DNA of 64,000 nucleotides. Source: Gammaproteobacteria bacterium. GTDB taxonomy: Bacteria; Pseudomonadota; Gammaproteobacteria; Magnimaribacterales; AG-339-G14. Below, in pieces: positions 10,068-19,807 of the stretch. The stretch covers positions 3,559-67,558 of the forward strand of contig QOPF01000007.1 of NCBI GenBank assembly GCA_003331625.1. The letters run 5' to 3'. The translations under genes and the position numbers were made by a program. The notes under the pieces are model-generated. The model searched no databases. It was not told the origin of the DNA and saw nothing but the letters and a program-made list of their open reading frames with translations. The stretch's first letter is position 1, and each line of letters begins with the position of its first letter.

Positions 10068-10143
10068 GGGTCGTTAGCTCAGTTGGTAGAGCAGTTGGCT
10101 TTTAATCAATTGGTCATAGGTTCGAATCCTATACGACCCACCA
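10068..10143 (+). tRNA. tRNA-Lys (anticodon UUU)
   Basis: 76 nt, GGGTCGTTAGCTCAGTTGGTAGAGCAGTTGGCTTTTAATCAATTGGTCATAGGTTCGAATCCTATACGACCCACCA. Nearly identical to E. coli tRNA-Lys(UUU), with an encoded CCA end. Same position after cpoB as the E. coli lysT cluster. Confidence 0.97.
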
Positions 10144-10150
10144 AAAATCC

Positions 10151-10507
10151 ATGACTTATCTACTTATAGGCACAGGAGCATTCTTAGGAGCAATTTTAAG
10201 ACACTTGATAAGTTCATATCTCTTAAAAATCTCTTTCTATGGTTTTCCACTTGGTACTTTGAGTATAAATATCATTGGATGTTATTTAATTGGAATTTTT
10301 ATTTCAATTAATATACAAAATAAAGATTTGGTAGGACCTTTTTTTATCATTGGATTTTTAGGATCCTTCACTACTTTTTCTGCTTTTACAAAAGAGGTTT
10401 TTTTATTTACTAATATTAACGGACCAATTATTGCCTATCTAAGCGCCTTATTAATCACATCTATATGTTTACTCTCTACTTTCTTAGGCTATAAAATGTT
10501 TTCCTAG
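10151..10507 (+). CDS. crcB: Fluoride ion channel CrcB/FluC
   Basis: 4-TM protein of 118 aa with GFLGSFTTFSAF signature. Confidence 0.9.
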   Translation: MTYLLIGTGAFLGAILRHLISSYLLKISFYGFPLGTLSINIIGCYLIGIFISINIQNKDLVGPFFIIGFLGSFTTFSAFTKEVFLFTNINGPIIAYLSALLITSICLLSTFLGYKMFS

Positions 10508-10509
10508 AG

Positions 10510-10854
10510 ATGACAAAGACAATATTTCAAAAAATAATAGACAGAGAAGTGCCTTCGAAAATCCTCTTTGAAGATGATAAATGTATTGTTATTGAAGATA
10601 TAGCTCCCAAGGCACCTACTCATCTACTAGTAATTCCAAAAAAACCTATAAAAAAACTTTCTGAAGTTAAGCCAGATGATAAAAATCTTTTAGGGCATCT
10701 AATGATTGTTATTTCAGAAATAACTAAGCAATTAAATATTGAAGATGCTTTTAATATAATAATTAATAACGGTGAAGAAGCAGGACAGACAGTTTTTCAC
10801 CTTCATATCCACATCCTAGCTGGAAAAAACTTCTCTGAATTTTTTCCTGGTTAA
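10510..10854 (+). CDS. HIT-family nucleotide hydrolase (HinT-like)
   Basis: Histidine triad HLHIHILAG. N-terminus FQKIIDREVPSKILFEDD. Confidence 0.9.
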   Translation: MTKTIFQKIIDREVPSKILFEDDKCIVIEDIAPKAPTHLLVIPKKPIKKLSEVKPDDKNLLGHLMIVISEITKQLNIEDAFNIIINNGEEAGQTVFHLHIHILAGKNFSEFFPG

Positions 10855-12293
10855 GAAAGCTCCTTTAACGCTCTTTTAGCTGCAAAGATTTGTTCTAGCC
10901 TTCTTATTACACTTTCTCTAACTTCAAATAAATTTGCTGATAAAGCTAAAGCCTCCTTTAATTGAAAAATTGCTGCGTCATGTCTGCCAGTAAGAATAAA
11001 GAATTCGGCTCTTGACCTGTGGAGTTCAAGGATATTTCCCGATAAACCTTGAGCTTCTGCTAATTTAAACCAAATATTAGGATCCGTTTCTCTAGTTTTA
11101 GATAATTCTTTAAGAAGTTTTTCAGCTAAAGAAGATTGTTCATTTTCTATATAGGCATCTGCTAAAAGCATTGATGCAGAATAATTTGAATCATGTATTT
11201 CTAGAATATTCCTTCCTAAAGAAATAGCTTCAAAATAATTTCCAGAAGATAGATGAAGTTCCATTAAGCTAGCCTCAAGAACAAGATTATTAGGACTTTC
11301 TTTTATTAACTCTCTAAGGATTGTAAAAGCTTCATCATAATTTTTTAATTTTTTATGAGATAAAGAAAGTCCGTATTTACTAGATATTGAATTATTTATT
11401 ATGGGCGATTTTAAATTTTTTTTATATTTTTTAACTAGTTTGCGAGCATCTTTTTCAGCCCAGACTTCAGCTCTTTTTTGCATAAAATGAAAATCAATAT
11501 TGTCTCGATATAATTGCTTAGATGATTTTTTCAAATCGTCAGTCCTAATTCTCATGTCAGTAAGTCTTTCACTTGGCAGAGGATGAGTCATTAAGTAAGA
11601 AAATTGTTCGGAATTTTCATTTTGGTATTTATCTTGCATTCTTTGAAACATCATCGTCATATCGTTAGGATCAAAACCCGCTTTAACTAGATTATTAAAG
11701 CCTATTCTATCGGCTTCTTTTTCATTACTTCTTGTGTAGTTGATAGACATTTGTTGCATTGCAGCGGGCGCTATCATTATTGCCTCAGGGTTTCGTGAAG
11801 CAGCCGCAACAGCAATACTTCCTAAAATCATAAGAGCATTAAGTAACGGAGATGTTTGATTTTGAGTTCGAGCATAGTGTCTTTGACTCAAGTGAGCTAA
11901 TTCATGACACATCACAGAAGCTAATTCTCCTTCTTTCTGAGTATTAAGAAACATTCCAAGATTAATACCAATTATTCCTCCCGGAGCAGCAAAAGCATTG
12001 ATAGATTGATCTTCCAGAATTAAGAATTCAAATCTTCTATCCCTTACTTCACTCGTTTCTGAAAGTCGATAAATTAAATCTTCTAGATACGTTCTCATCA
12101 TAGGATCATCATGTTCTCTTGTAGAACCTCTATACATCGCTAGCCAAAGTCTTCCTAGTTGATATTCTCCCGATAATGAAATAGATGCAGATGAGTAGTC
12201 GCCTAGTACAGGCAAAGAGTCGTCGTCAGGAACGGAATGAAAATATGAGGAAAAAAACAGTACAATTGTCAGAAAATATAATTTATTCACCAT
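10851..12293 (-). CDS. bepA: M48-family periplasmic metalloprotease with TPR domain (BepA/YfgC-like)
   Basis: HELAHLSQRH zinc motif and C-terminal TPR repeats. The signal peptide begins at the internal Met (MVNKLYFLTIVLFFSS), so I prefer a start at 12293 over the track start at 12326. Confidence 0.85.
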   Translation of the reverse strand: MVNKLYFLTIVLFFSSYFHSVPDDDSLPVLGDYSSASISLSGEYQLGRLWLAMYRGSTREHDDPMMRTYLEDLIYRLSETSEVRDRRFEFLILEDQSINAFAAPGGIIGINLGMFLNTQKEGELASVMCHELAHLSQRHYARTQNQTSPLLNALMILGSIAVAAASRNPEAIMIAPAAMQQMSINYTRSNEKEADRIGFNNLVKAGFDPNDMTMMFQRMQDKYQNENSEQFSYLMTHPLPSERLTDMRIRTDDLKKSSKQLYRDNIDFHFMQKRAEVWAEKDARKLVKKYKKNLKSPIINNSISSKYGLSLSHKKLKNYDEAFTILRELIKESPNNLVLEASLMELHLSSGNYFEAISLGRNILEIHDSNYSASMLLADAYIENEQSSLAEKLLKELSKTRETDPNIWFKLAEAQGLSGNILELHRSRAEFFILTGRHDAAIFQLKEALALSANLFEVRESVIRRLEQIFAAKRALKELS

Positions 12294-12329
12294 TTTGAAA
12301 GTATAATTGAAATCATTAATTAGCAATAG

Positions 12330-13388
12330 ATGATAAGTTTCTTAAAAAATTTTTTTCAAAGATATTTTTATGACGATGAGCATTACGCTGCGTTGTTTTT
12401 TTTAATTATTAGTTTAGTAATTTTTTATTTTTTAGGAGACGTTCTAGCACCCATACTCGTTAGTATACTTATAGCCTACATTTTGAATGGCCTCATGATT
12501 TTTCTTGAACAAAAGGGCAATAGCAGGATGTTATCTTTAACAGTTACGCTTTTTATCTTTTCCTTATTTTATTTGTCTATTTTTCTTCTTCTTCCGTTTC
12601 TTTCAAGACAAATTCTTTTATTAGTTTCAGACTTACCTCAAATATTTGAATCGGTTAACACATTTCTTTCTTCTCAATTAAATAATTATTCTAATTCGTT
12701 CTCATCCAATCAGTTAGAAGAAGCTTTGACCAACGCTTTCTCCTATATACCAATTTTATTTCAAAATGCTCTTCTACAGTTAAATTCCGGTTTTGCAGCA
12801 GTAATGAACGCCTTGTTGTACCTGATCATTATTCCTTTTTTGGTATTTTTCTTTCTCAAGGATAAAGAGATTTTCATTGGGTATTTAAAAATTTTACTTC
12901 CCAGAAAAAGAGATCTACTTTCAATTATATGGAATGATTTAAATATTCAGCTTTACGGCTATCTGAGAGGAAAAGGTCTCGAGATGCTTATTGTTACAAT
13001 AGCCACTGGTTTGGTCTTCTATTTGCAAGGTGTTAATTACTCAATAATCCTTGCTATTTTAGTTGGCTTGTCAGTTCTGATTCCTTATGTAGGAGCAATT
13101 TTAGTTACAATTCCAGTGTTACTTATTGGCCTTTTTCAATGGGGACTTGATTCAAGTTTTTACATTTATTTTGCAAGCTACTTATTGATTCAAGTCTTAG
13201 ACGGTAACGTCTTGATGCCACTTTTGTTGGGAAGAGAAGTAAAACTTCATCCGGTATTAATTATTACTGCCGTTTTAATATTTGGAGGCATCTGGGGATT
13301 TTGGGGACTACTTTTTGCTATTCCAATTGCAACTTTTTTAAGAGCCATTCTGGTCTCTTGGCCAACTAAAATAGAATCCTCAACTTAG
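12330..13388 (+). CDS. AI-2E family transporter (PerM/YhhT-like permease)
   Basis: Polytopic membrane protein of 352 aa with typical AI-2E C-terminal segments (LDGNVLMPLLLGREVKLHPV, GGIWGFWGLLFAIP). Confidence 0.82.
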   Translation: MISFLKNFFQRYFYDDEHYAALFFLIISLVIFYFLGDVLAPILVSILIAYILNGLMIFLEQKGNSRMLSLTVTLFIFSLFYLSIFLLLPFLSRQILLLVSDLPQIFESVNTFLSSQLNNYSNSFSSNQLEEALTNAFSYIPILFQNALLQLNSGFAAVMNALLYLIIIPFLVFFFLKDKEIFIGYLKILLPRKRDLLSIIWNDLNIQLYGYLRGKGLEMLIVTIATGLVFYLQGVNYSIILAILVGLSVLIPYVGAILVTIPVLLIGLFQWGLDSSFYIYFASYLLIQVLDGNVLMPLLLGREVKLHPVLIITAVLIFGGIWGFWGLLFAIPIATFLRAILVSWPTKIESST

Positions 13389-13837
13389 TCTAAAGAAGAA
13401 AGCACTTCTTCCACATGTCCCTTAACTTTGACTTTTCTCCACTCTTTGATTAATTTTCCTTCAAAATTTATTAAAAAAGTACTTCTCTCAATTCCCATAT
13501 ATTTTTTTCCATACATGCTTTTTTCTTTAATAACATCAAAGATAGAGCATACTTTTTCATCTTCATCTGCAATTAATTCAAACGGAAAGTCAAATTTTTT
13601 CTTGAATCCCTCGTGAGTTTTTAGAGAATCTTTTGAAATACCAAAGATTTTTGTGTTCTTTTTTTCAAAAGATTTAAAGTTATCTCTAAAGTCTTCTCCT
13701 TCAGATGTACAGCCAGGAGTATTATCTCTAGGATAAAAATATATAACTAAGTTTTTTCCTTTATAACTTGATAGTTTAAATTTTTCGTCCCCAGTCATCT
13801 CAGCAGTGAAGTTTTTTATTTTTGAGCCTATTTTCAT
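13385..13837 (-). CDS. bcp: Peroxiredoxin Bcp
   Basis: FYPRDNTPGCTSE peroxidatic Cys motif. 150 aa. bcp-dapA neighbourhood is conserved. Confidence 0.92.
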   Translation of the reverse strand: MKIGSKIKNFTAEMTGDEKFKLSSYKGKNLVIYFYPRDNTPGCTSEGEDFRDNFKSFEKKNTKIFGISKDSLKTHEGFKKKFDFPFELIADEDEKVCSIFDVIKEKSMYGKKYMGIERSTFLINFEGKLIKEWRKVKVKGHVEEVLSSLD

Positions 13838-13902
13838 TTTTTAATTAAGATTAGTTAAGTTATGCAGTAATATTACCAATAATAAAATTTTAAAAAAGAA
13901 GA

Positions 13903-14793
13903 ATGTTAATTAAAGGCTCAATAACTGCATTAGTAACACCAATGCTGTCCAATGGCGATTTAGACTATTCTTCTTTAGAAAGCCTAATAAACTTACAAAT
14001 TGACTCAGGAATTTCTGGCCTTGTCGCGGTAGGAACAACTGGAGAATCAGCTACTGTAGACTTTGATGATCATATAAAGCTTATAGAATTTTTTGTTAAG
14101 ATCGCTAATAAAAGAATTCCAATTATAGCTGGAACAGGCGCCAATTCTACTGATGAAGCACTACATTTGACTCAAGCTGCTGCTGAAGTAGGTGCCGATG
14201 CGGCATTGTTAGTTTCTCCTTACTATAATAAGCCACCGCAAGAAGGAATATATAGACACCACATGAAAATTGCGGATGAAGTCAATATCCCTCAGATTTT
14301 ATATAATGTTCCATCAAGAACGGCCAGCTTTATTGAGCCTCAAACAATTAGCAGACTATCCAATCATGACAACATCCTTGGTGTAAAAGATGCTACTGGA
14401 GACATGAAAAATTTTGATGAAGTTTATAATCTTTGTGAAAAAAAAATAAAAGCTAAAGAATTTTTTCTTTACTCAGGCGATGACTTTTCATCACTAGAAT
14501 TTTTAAAGAGAGGAGGACACGGAACTATTTCTGTAACTTCAAACGTTGTTCCGAAAATTGTTTCAGAAATATGTCAACTAATTGAAAAAGACTTCAACAA
14601 AGCAAAAGAATTAGATAACAGCTTACAAAGTTTGAATAAGAATTTATTCTCCGAATCTAATCCTATTCCTGTAAAATGGGCTCTTAAACTATTAGGATCA
14701 ATAGATACTGGAATCAGGCTTCCTTTGATCGAGCTGAGTGATTCTAATAAAAAAGTTTTAGAGAAAAGCTTAAAAGACCTTAACCTAATTTAA
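13903..14793 (+). CDS. dapA: 4-hydroxy-tetrahydrodipicolinate synthase
   Basis: GTTGESAT, YNVPSRT and the GVKDATG active-site Lys region. Confidence 0.95.
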   Translation: MLIKGSITALVTPMLSNGDLDYSSLESLINLQIDSGISGLVAVGTTGESATVDFDDHIKLIEFFVKIANKRIPIIAGTGANSTDEALHLTQAAAEVGADAALLVSPYYNKPPQEGIYRHHMKIADEVNIPQILYNVPSRTASFIEPQTISRLSNHDNILGVKDATGDMKNFDEVYNLCEKKIKAKEFFLYSGDDFSSLEFLKRGGHGTISVTSNVVPKIVSEICQLIEKDFNKAKELDNSLQSLNKNLFSESNPIPVKWALKLLGSIDTGIRLPLIELSDSNKKVLEKSLKDLNLI

Positions 14794-14796
14794 ATA

Positions 14797-15765
14797 ATGA
14801 AATTAATATTATTACTCTTCACTCTATCCCTGTTTTCTTGTGCTATTGAAAAAAAAAATAATGTGGATGATTCTAAAGAAAAGAAAGTTATTTCAATTGA
14901 AGAAAATAATTCTATTCTCTTAGCAAATAATGTTCTCACTGACATTTCTTTCATAACTGATAAATACCCCATCGAAGGAGAAGTAGAAATCTATCAAGAT
15001 AATGTTTCCAAAACTCCCAAACCAAAACAATTATTTTCAGCTGCCTCATCTAATGAAATTAGATTGCATAAGTTAGGACAAATTAGATGGATATATCTTG
15101 GTATAGAACCAAGTGCAGCCTGGCCTATGGCAATTCAATTTATTGAAGAAAGCAAAAATCTTGGTATGGATACTTTTGATCCAAATATAGGAATTATTAA
15201 TTCCCAAGTATTTGACTACAACAATCAGGAGTCAAAGTTTGTTTTTAAAATAGAAAAAGGACTACAACAATCTAGTTCAGAAATTTTTGTTTCTCAGTTA
15301 AAAAAATCAAATAACTCATGGGTAATAGTTCCTTCTGGGGAAAGTGATTTAGAAAATATCATCAATGAATTTTATGACTTTCTTGCTTCAGCTGGACCTG
15401 CATCGGGAACATCTTTGGTTGCTTTAAATCTTAACTCATCTAATAAAACTGAGATGGTTACTAATAATTTTGGAATTTCCCAAATAAAATTAAGAATTAA
15501 TTTTGCTAGAGCCTGGGCTGCAACCAGAAGGTCTCTGCTTATCGCTGGCTATAAAATATTAGATGAAGATAGAAATGAAGGAAAATTTTATTTAGAATAT
15601 TCTTTTAAAAGAACATTGTTAAATCGAGGCCCTTCAATTTCACAAGTACAGGTATCTGTTAAGGAATTAAATTCTGAAGAATGTTTAATTTCCACTGATT
15701 TAGATTTGGAAAATCAAGAGATTTCAGAAGAAATAATTTCTCAAATTAATCAAGCTTTATCATAA
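14797..15765 (+). CDS. bamC: Outer-membrane assembly lipoprotein BamC (NlpB)
   Basis: Lipobox LFSC. Two helix-grip-like segments resemble E. coli BamC (AAWPMAIQFIEESK, FARAWAATRRSLLIAGYKILDEDR). Lies directly after dapA. Confidence 0.7.
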   Translation: MKLILLLFTLSLFSCAIEKKNNVDDSKEKKVISIEENNSILLANNVLTDISFITDKYPIEGEVEIYQDNVSKTPKPKQLFSAASSNEIRLHKLGQIRWIYLGIEPSAAWPMAIQFIEESKNLGMDTFDPNIGIINSQVFDYNNQESKFVFKIEKGLQQSSSEIFVSQLKKSNNSWVIVPSGESDLENIINEFYDFLASAGPASGTSLVALNLNSSNKTEMVTNNFGISQIKLRINFARAWAATRRSLLIAGYKILDEDRNEGKFYLEYSFKRTLLNRGPSISQVQVSVKELNSEECLISTDLDLENQEISEEIISQINQALS

Positions 15766-15771
15766 ATAACT

Positions 15772-16485
15772 ATGGAAAAAAAAGATTTACTAACTAAAGG
15801 AAAGGCGAAAGAACTTTTCAAGACGGAAGACGCTAACAAATTGGTAATGGAATTTACCGATGATACTTCAGCTTTTGATGGAAAAAAAATTGAGCAATTG
15901 GCAGGCAAAGGAACTGTCAATAACCGTTTCAATAATTTTATTATGAGACATTTAGACTCAAAAGGCATCCCATGTCACTTGCTTGAAGAAATAAACGATA
16001 GAGAGAGTCTTGTTCTTTCTCTGGATATGTTTCCTATAGAGTGTGTTGTAAGGAATTATGCCGCAGGAAGTATTTGCAAAAGATTAGGCTTAGAAGAAGG
16101 AATGAAATTTAAAAATCCAATTTTTGAGTTTTTTTATAAAGACGATGACCTAGGAGATCCAATGATCAATGATAACCATATTATTTCTTTTGGTTGGGCC
16201 GGAGAAGAAGATATTGATCATTTAAAAAAATTAACCCTCGAGATTAATGATTATTTAGTAGATTTATTCTTGAAAGCAGATCTAATCCTAGTGGATTTCA
16301 AATTAGAATTTGGAAAAAATTTAGAAAAAATTTATTTAGGAGATGAATTTACTCCAGATGGCTGCAGAATCTGGGATAAAGAAACAAAGAAAAAATTAGA
16401 CAAAGATAGATTCAGACAAGATTTAGGGGATGTTGTTGAGTCTTATCAAGAAATTGCTTATCGAATAGGGGTTGATCTCAAATAA
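15772..16485 (+). CDS. purC: SAICAR synthetase
   Basis: GKAKELF, SAFDG, LVDFKLEFG and PDGCRIWD motifs. Confidence 0.95.
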   Translation: MEKKDLLTKGKAKELFKTEDANKLVMEFTDDTSAFDGKKIEQLAGKGTVNNRFNNFIMRHLDSKGIPCHLLEEINDRESLVLSLDMFPIECVVRNYAAGSICKRLGLEEGMKFKNPIFEFFYKDDDLGDPMINDNHIISFGWAGEEDIDHLKKLTLEINDYLVDLFLKADLILVDFKLEFGKNLEKIYLGDEFTPDGCRIWDKETKKKLDKDRFRQDLGDVVESYQEIAYRIGVDLK

Positions 16486-16491
16486 CCTCCT

Positions 16492-18165
16492 ATGAGTTTT
16501 TTAAAGAACCAAAAAAAAATAAAAGGCGCTGAACTTTTCATTAAATGTTTAGAAGAGGAAGGAGTAGAGTATATCTTTGGCCTCCCAGGAGAAGAAAACC
16601 TTGATTTTTTAGAATGCCTTTGCAAATCGAATAAAATTAAATTAATTCTTACTAGGCATGAACAAGGTGCTGGATTCATGGCTGCTACTTACGGGAGGCT
16701 AACAGGAAAAGCTGGAGTTTGTTTAACAACATTAGGTCCTGGAGCTACAAATTTAGTTACTTCAGCAGCATATGCTCAGCTTGGAGGGATGCCTTTAGTA
16801 ATGATTACAGGACAAAAACCAATAAAAAATACCAAACAAGGAAAGTTCCAAATATTAGATGTTGTAGATTTAATGCAGCCAATCACCAAATACACTCATC
16901 AAATATCTTCAGCAAATATGATTGCTTCTGAAGTAAGGGAAGCCTTTAGGCTGGCTGAAGAAGAAAGACCTGGGGCAGTTCATCTTGAGTTGCCTGAAGA
17001 TATTGCAAGTGAAGAAACAAGAAGGAGGCCATTACTAAAAAGTATCACTCGAAGACCCGTAGCAGATGAGAAGTCTATAAATCAGGCAATAGAGTTAATA
17101 GAAAAAGCTAAAAGACCTATTTTGGTCTTGGGCGGCGGAGCAAATAGGACGAGTACAAACAAAATGCTTTTGGAATTTGTAGAAAAAACAAAAATTCCAT
17201 TCATTACCACTCAGCTAGGCAAGGGTGCCCTAAATGAAAGACACGAATATTATTTAGGATGCGCGGCTTTAAGTAATGGAGACTTTGTTCACAGGGCCAT
17301 TCAAGAGTCTGATCAAATAATAACAGTAGGGCAGGATAACTTTGAAAAACCTCCTTTTATCATGCGTGAGTTTGAAAAAACAAAGGTCATTCACATTGAT
17401 CATGTTGCGGCTAACATTAATGGTATTTATTTTCCTCAGTTAATGGTAACCGGTGATATAGCTAATGCGATATGGCAAATTAAAGAAAAAATTACTGTAA
17501 ATCCCAAGTGGGATTTTTCAAAAATGCTTTTGACAAGAAAAGCTCATTTAGAACATTCTACAAAAATTAGAGAGGATGCTAGATTTCCAATTTTTCCTCC
17601 TCACTTAGTCAGACAGATAAGAAATGTTATGCCATCAGACGGAATAATTACCTTGGACAATGGAGTGTATAAACTTTGGTTTGCAAGGGGATATCCTGCC
17701 CTTCATCAAAATACCGTTATTTTAGATAATGCCCTAGCAAGTATGGGAGCTGGGCTACCTTCAGCAATTACAGCAGCAATGATTTATCCAGATAAAAAAG
17801 TAATTTCAGTTTGCGGTGATGGCGGCTTTATGATGAATAGCCAAGAGCTAGAAACTGCTGTGAGGTTGGGCGTTAATCTCACTGTTGTTATTCTTAATGA
17901 TAAAGCCTACGGAATGGTTAAATGGAAACAAGAAAATATGAATTTTTCTGACTTTGGTTTGAGCTTTGAAAATCCAGACTTTGTTAAGTATGCAGAGTCT
18001 TATGGAGCTAAAGGATATCGAATAACCAGCTCAAAAAATTTAAATGAAACTTTAGAAAAATGTTTAGATTCCGCAGGAGTTCATGTAATTGATTGTCCTA
18101 TTGATTACAGTGAAAATGATAAGATTTTAAATGAAGATTTAGCAAAACTTAGCTCAAAATTGTAA
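16492..18165 (+). CDS. Thiamine-diphosphate enzyme, acetolactate synthase (catabolic AlsS)-like
   Basis: Three-domain TPP architecture with N-terminus GAELFIKCLEEEGVEYIFGLPGEENL and TPP-binding GDGGFMMNSQELETAVRLGVNLTVVILND. Confidence 0.8.
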   Translation: MSFLKNQKKIKGAELFIKCLEEEGVEYIFGLPGEENLDFLECLCKSNKIKLILTRHEQGAGFMAATYGRLTGKAGVCLTTLGPGATNLVTSAAYAQLGGMPLVMITGQKPIKNTKQGKFQILDVVDLMQPITKYTHQISSANMIASEVREAFRLAEEERPGAVHLELPEDIASEETRRRPLLKSITRRPVADEKSINQAIELIEKAKRPILVLGGGANRTSTNKMLLEFVEKTKIPFITTQLGKGALNERHEYYLGCAALSNGDFVHRAIQESDQIITVGQDNFEKPPFIMREFEKTKVIHIDHVAANINGIYFPQLMVTGDIANAIWQIKEKITVNPKWDFSKMLLTRKAHLEHSTKIREDARFPIFPPHLVRQIRNVMPSDGIITLDNGVYKLWFARGYPALHQNTVILDNALASMGAGLPSAITAAMIYPDKKVISVCGDGGFMMNSQELETAVRLGVNLTVVILNDKAYGMVKWKQENMNFSDFGLSFENPDFVKYAESYGAKGYRITSSKNLNETLEKCLDSAGVHVIDCPIDYSENDKILNEDLAKLSSKL

Positions 18166-18363
18166 ATTAGGTTTTATATTAATCATTTCTTTATCTGCAA
18201 CAAAAAAATAATTAATTAATTATTGCCTAGTCTTTCAAAATTGAAAAATGGTTAAAAAAACCTTTTTATAACTTTTTTGTATAAAAAATAATAAGTTTAT
18301 GCTTTTAGACAACAAAAATTACTGTACCTTAATATATCAAAACTATTATGGTACAATAACTTC

Positions 18364-19791
18364 ATGGACACTAAATATCTTTATAAAAGAAATAACGTAT
18401 GGTGGGTAAAGCTTGCTGTACCTTCTGCGCTTAGATCAGAACTAGGATTCGATTTAAGGAAAACAACTGGCGAAAGCGATATTGAAAAAGCCATTGTTTG
18501 CAGAGAAAAAATCATAGCAGAGCTTAAGAAGAAATTCGATCCCGAGTTTAATGAAAAACTATCTTCAAATGAAGAATTCCTAAATAAAGTTACTTACTTA
18601 GATTATGCTTCTACAACGCCTGTTGATAGCAGAGTTGTCGAAAAGATGAAGGATTGTTTGACTATAGACGGTGCGTTTGGAAATTCTGGTTCTAGATCAC
18701 ATTCTTATGGTTGGAAAGCAGAGGAATTAATTGAAGAATCAAGACTCAATGTTTCCAAACTAGTTAATTGTGATCCAAGAGAGATTATTTTTACTTCTGG
18801 AGCTACAGAATCAGATAATTTGGCTATAAAGGGAGCTGCTTATTTTTACAAAAATAAAGGCAAACACATTGTTACATCCAAAATCGAGCATAAAGCTGTT
18901 CTAGATACTTGTAGGCAATTGGAAAAAGATGGCTTTGAGGTTACATATTTAGAAACTGATGAATTTGGAAATATTACACCTGAGCAAGTTTCTGACGCTA
19001 TAAGGGAAGATACAACTATTGTGTCTCTAATGCATCTTAACAATGAAATTGGTGTTATAAATGACATAGAAAAAATTGGTGATATAACTAGAGAAAAAGG
19101 TGTTCTTTTCCATGTAGATGCTGCGCAAAGTGCGGGCAAAATTCCCATTGATTTAAATAATTCAAAAGTTGATTTAATGTCTTTTTCGGCTCATAAAATA
19201 TATGGTCCTAAAGGTATCGGAGCTCTTTTTATACGAAGAAAACCAAGAGTAAGACTTGAAGCCCTATTTCATGGAGGCGGCCAAGAAAGAGGTATAAGAG
19301 CCGGCACTCTGCCAACTCATCAAATTGTTGGTATGGGAGAGGCATTTAGAATAGCTCATGAAGAGCTAGACAAAGATTATAAGAAAATCAATTCTCTAAA
19401 AAATAGGCTTTATGATGGATTGAAAGACATGGAAGAAATCTATGTAAATGGAGATCTTGAAAAAGGTTATCCCGGTATTTTTAACTTATCTTTCAATTAT
19501 GTTGAAGGCGAGTCTCTAATTATGGCAATTAAAAATATAGCTGTATCTTCAGGATCAGCTTGTACTTCAGCTAGTTTAGAGCCTTCTTATGTTCTTAGAG
19601 CTTTAGGGCGTCCAGATGAATTAGCGCATAGCTCAATAAGATTCTCATTTGGAAGATTTACCAATGAAAAAGAAATTGATTTCACTATTAATTTGGTTAA
19701 AAAATCGGTTGAGCAATTAAGAGAAATATCACCACTATGGGAAATGTATCTTGATGGTGTTGATATAAGTAAAATTCAGTGGGCTAGTTAA
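18364..19791 (+). CDS. iscS: Cysteine desulfurase IscS with a roughly 73-aa N-terminal integrase-N-terminus-like extension
   Basis: Collinear with E. coli IscS from [11 protein letters not shown] to the C-terminus: [12 protein letters not shown] (PLP Lys), SSGSACTS (catalytic Cys), LSPLWEMY. There is no in-frame ATG, GTG or TTG between 18364 and the canonical start position. Confidence 0.93.
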   Translation: MDTKYLYKRNNVWWVKLAVPSALRSELGFDLRKTTGESDIEKAIVCREKIIAELKKKFDPEFNEKLSSNEEFLNKVTYLDYASTTPVDSRVVEKMKDCLTIDGAFGNSGSRSHSYGWKAEELIEESRLNVSKLVNCDPREIIFTSGATESDNLAIKGAAYFYKNKGKHIVTSKIEHKAVLDTCRQLEKDGFEVTYLETDEFGNITPEQVSDAIREDTTIVSLMHLNNEIGVINDIEKIGDITREKGVLFHVDAAQSAGKIPIDLNNSKVDLMSFSAHKIYGPKGIGALFIRRKPRVRLEALFHGGGQERGIRAGTLPTHQIVGMGEAFRIAHEELDKDYKKINSLKNRLYDGLKDMEEIYVNGDLEKGYPGIFNLSFNYVEGESLIMAIKNIAVSSGSACTSASLEPSYVLRALGRPDELAHSSIRFSFGRFTNEKEIDFTINLVKKSVEQLREISPLWEMYLDGVDISKIQWAS

Positions 19792-19807
19792 TTTAAGGGG
19801 TAATGTA

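Noticed and set aside
13867-13876. A perfect 10-bp palindrome GTAATATTAC in the bcp/dapA divergent intergenic region, considered as an operator.
   Set aside because: Short AT-only palindromes are expected by chance at this base composition. There is no second copy and no known regulator motif match.
18166-18363. A search for an IscR type-1 binding site and for remnants of an iscR or integrase gene body upstream of iscS.
   Set aside because: I could not find a convincing match by eye, and only tiny ORFs are present. The region is kept as a low-interest finding rather than called as a feature.
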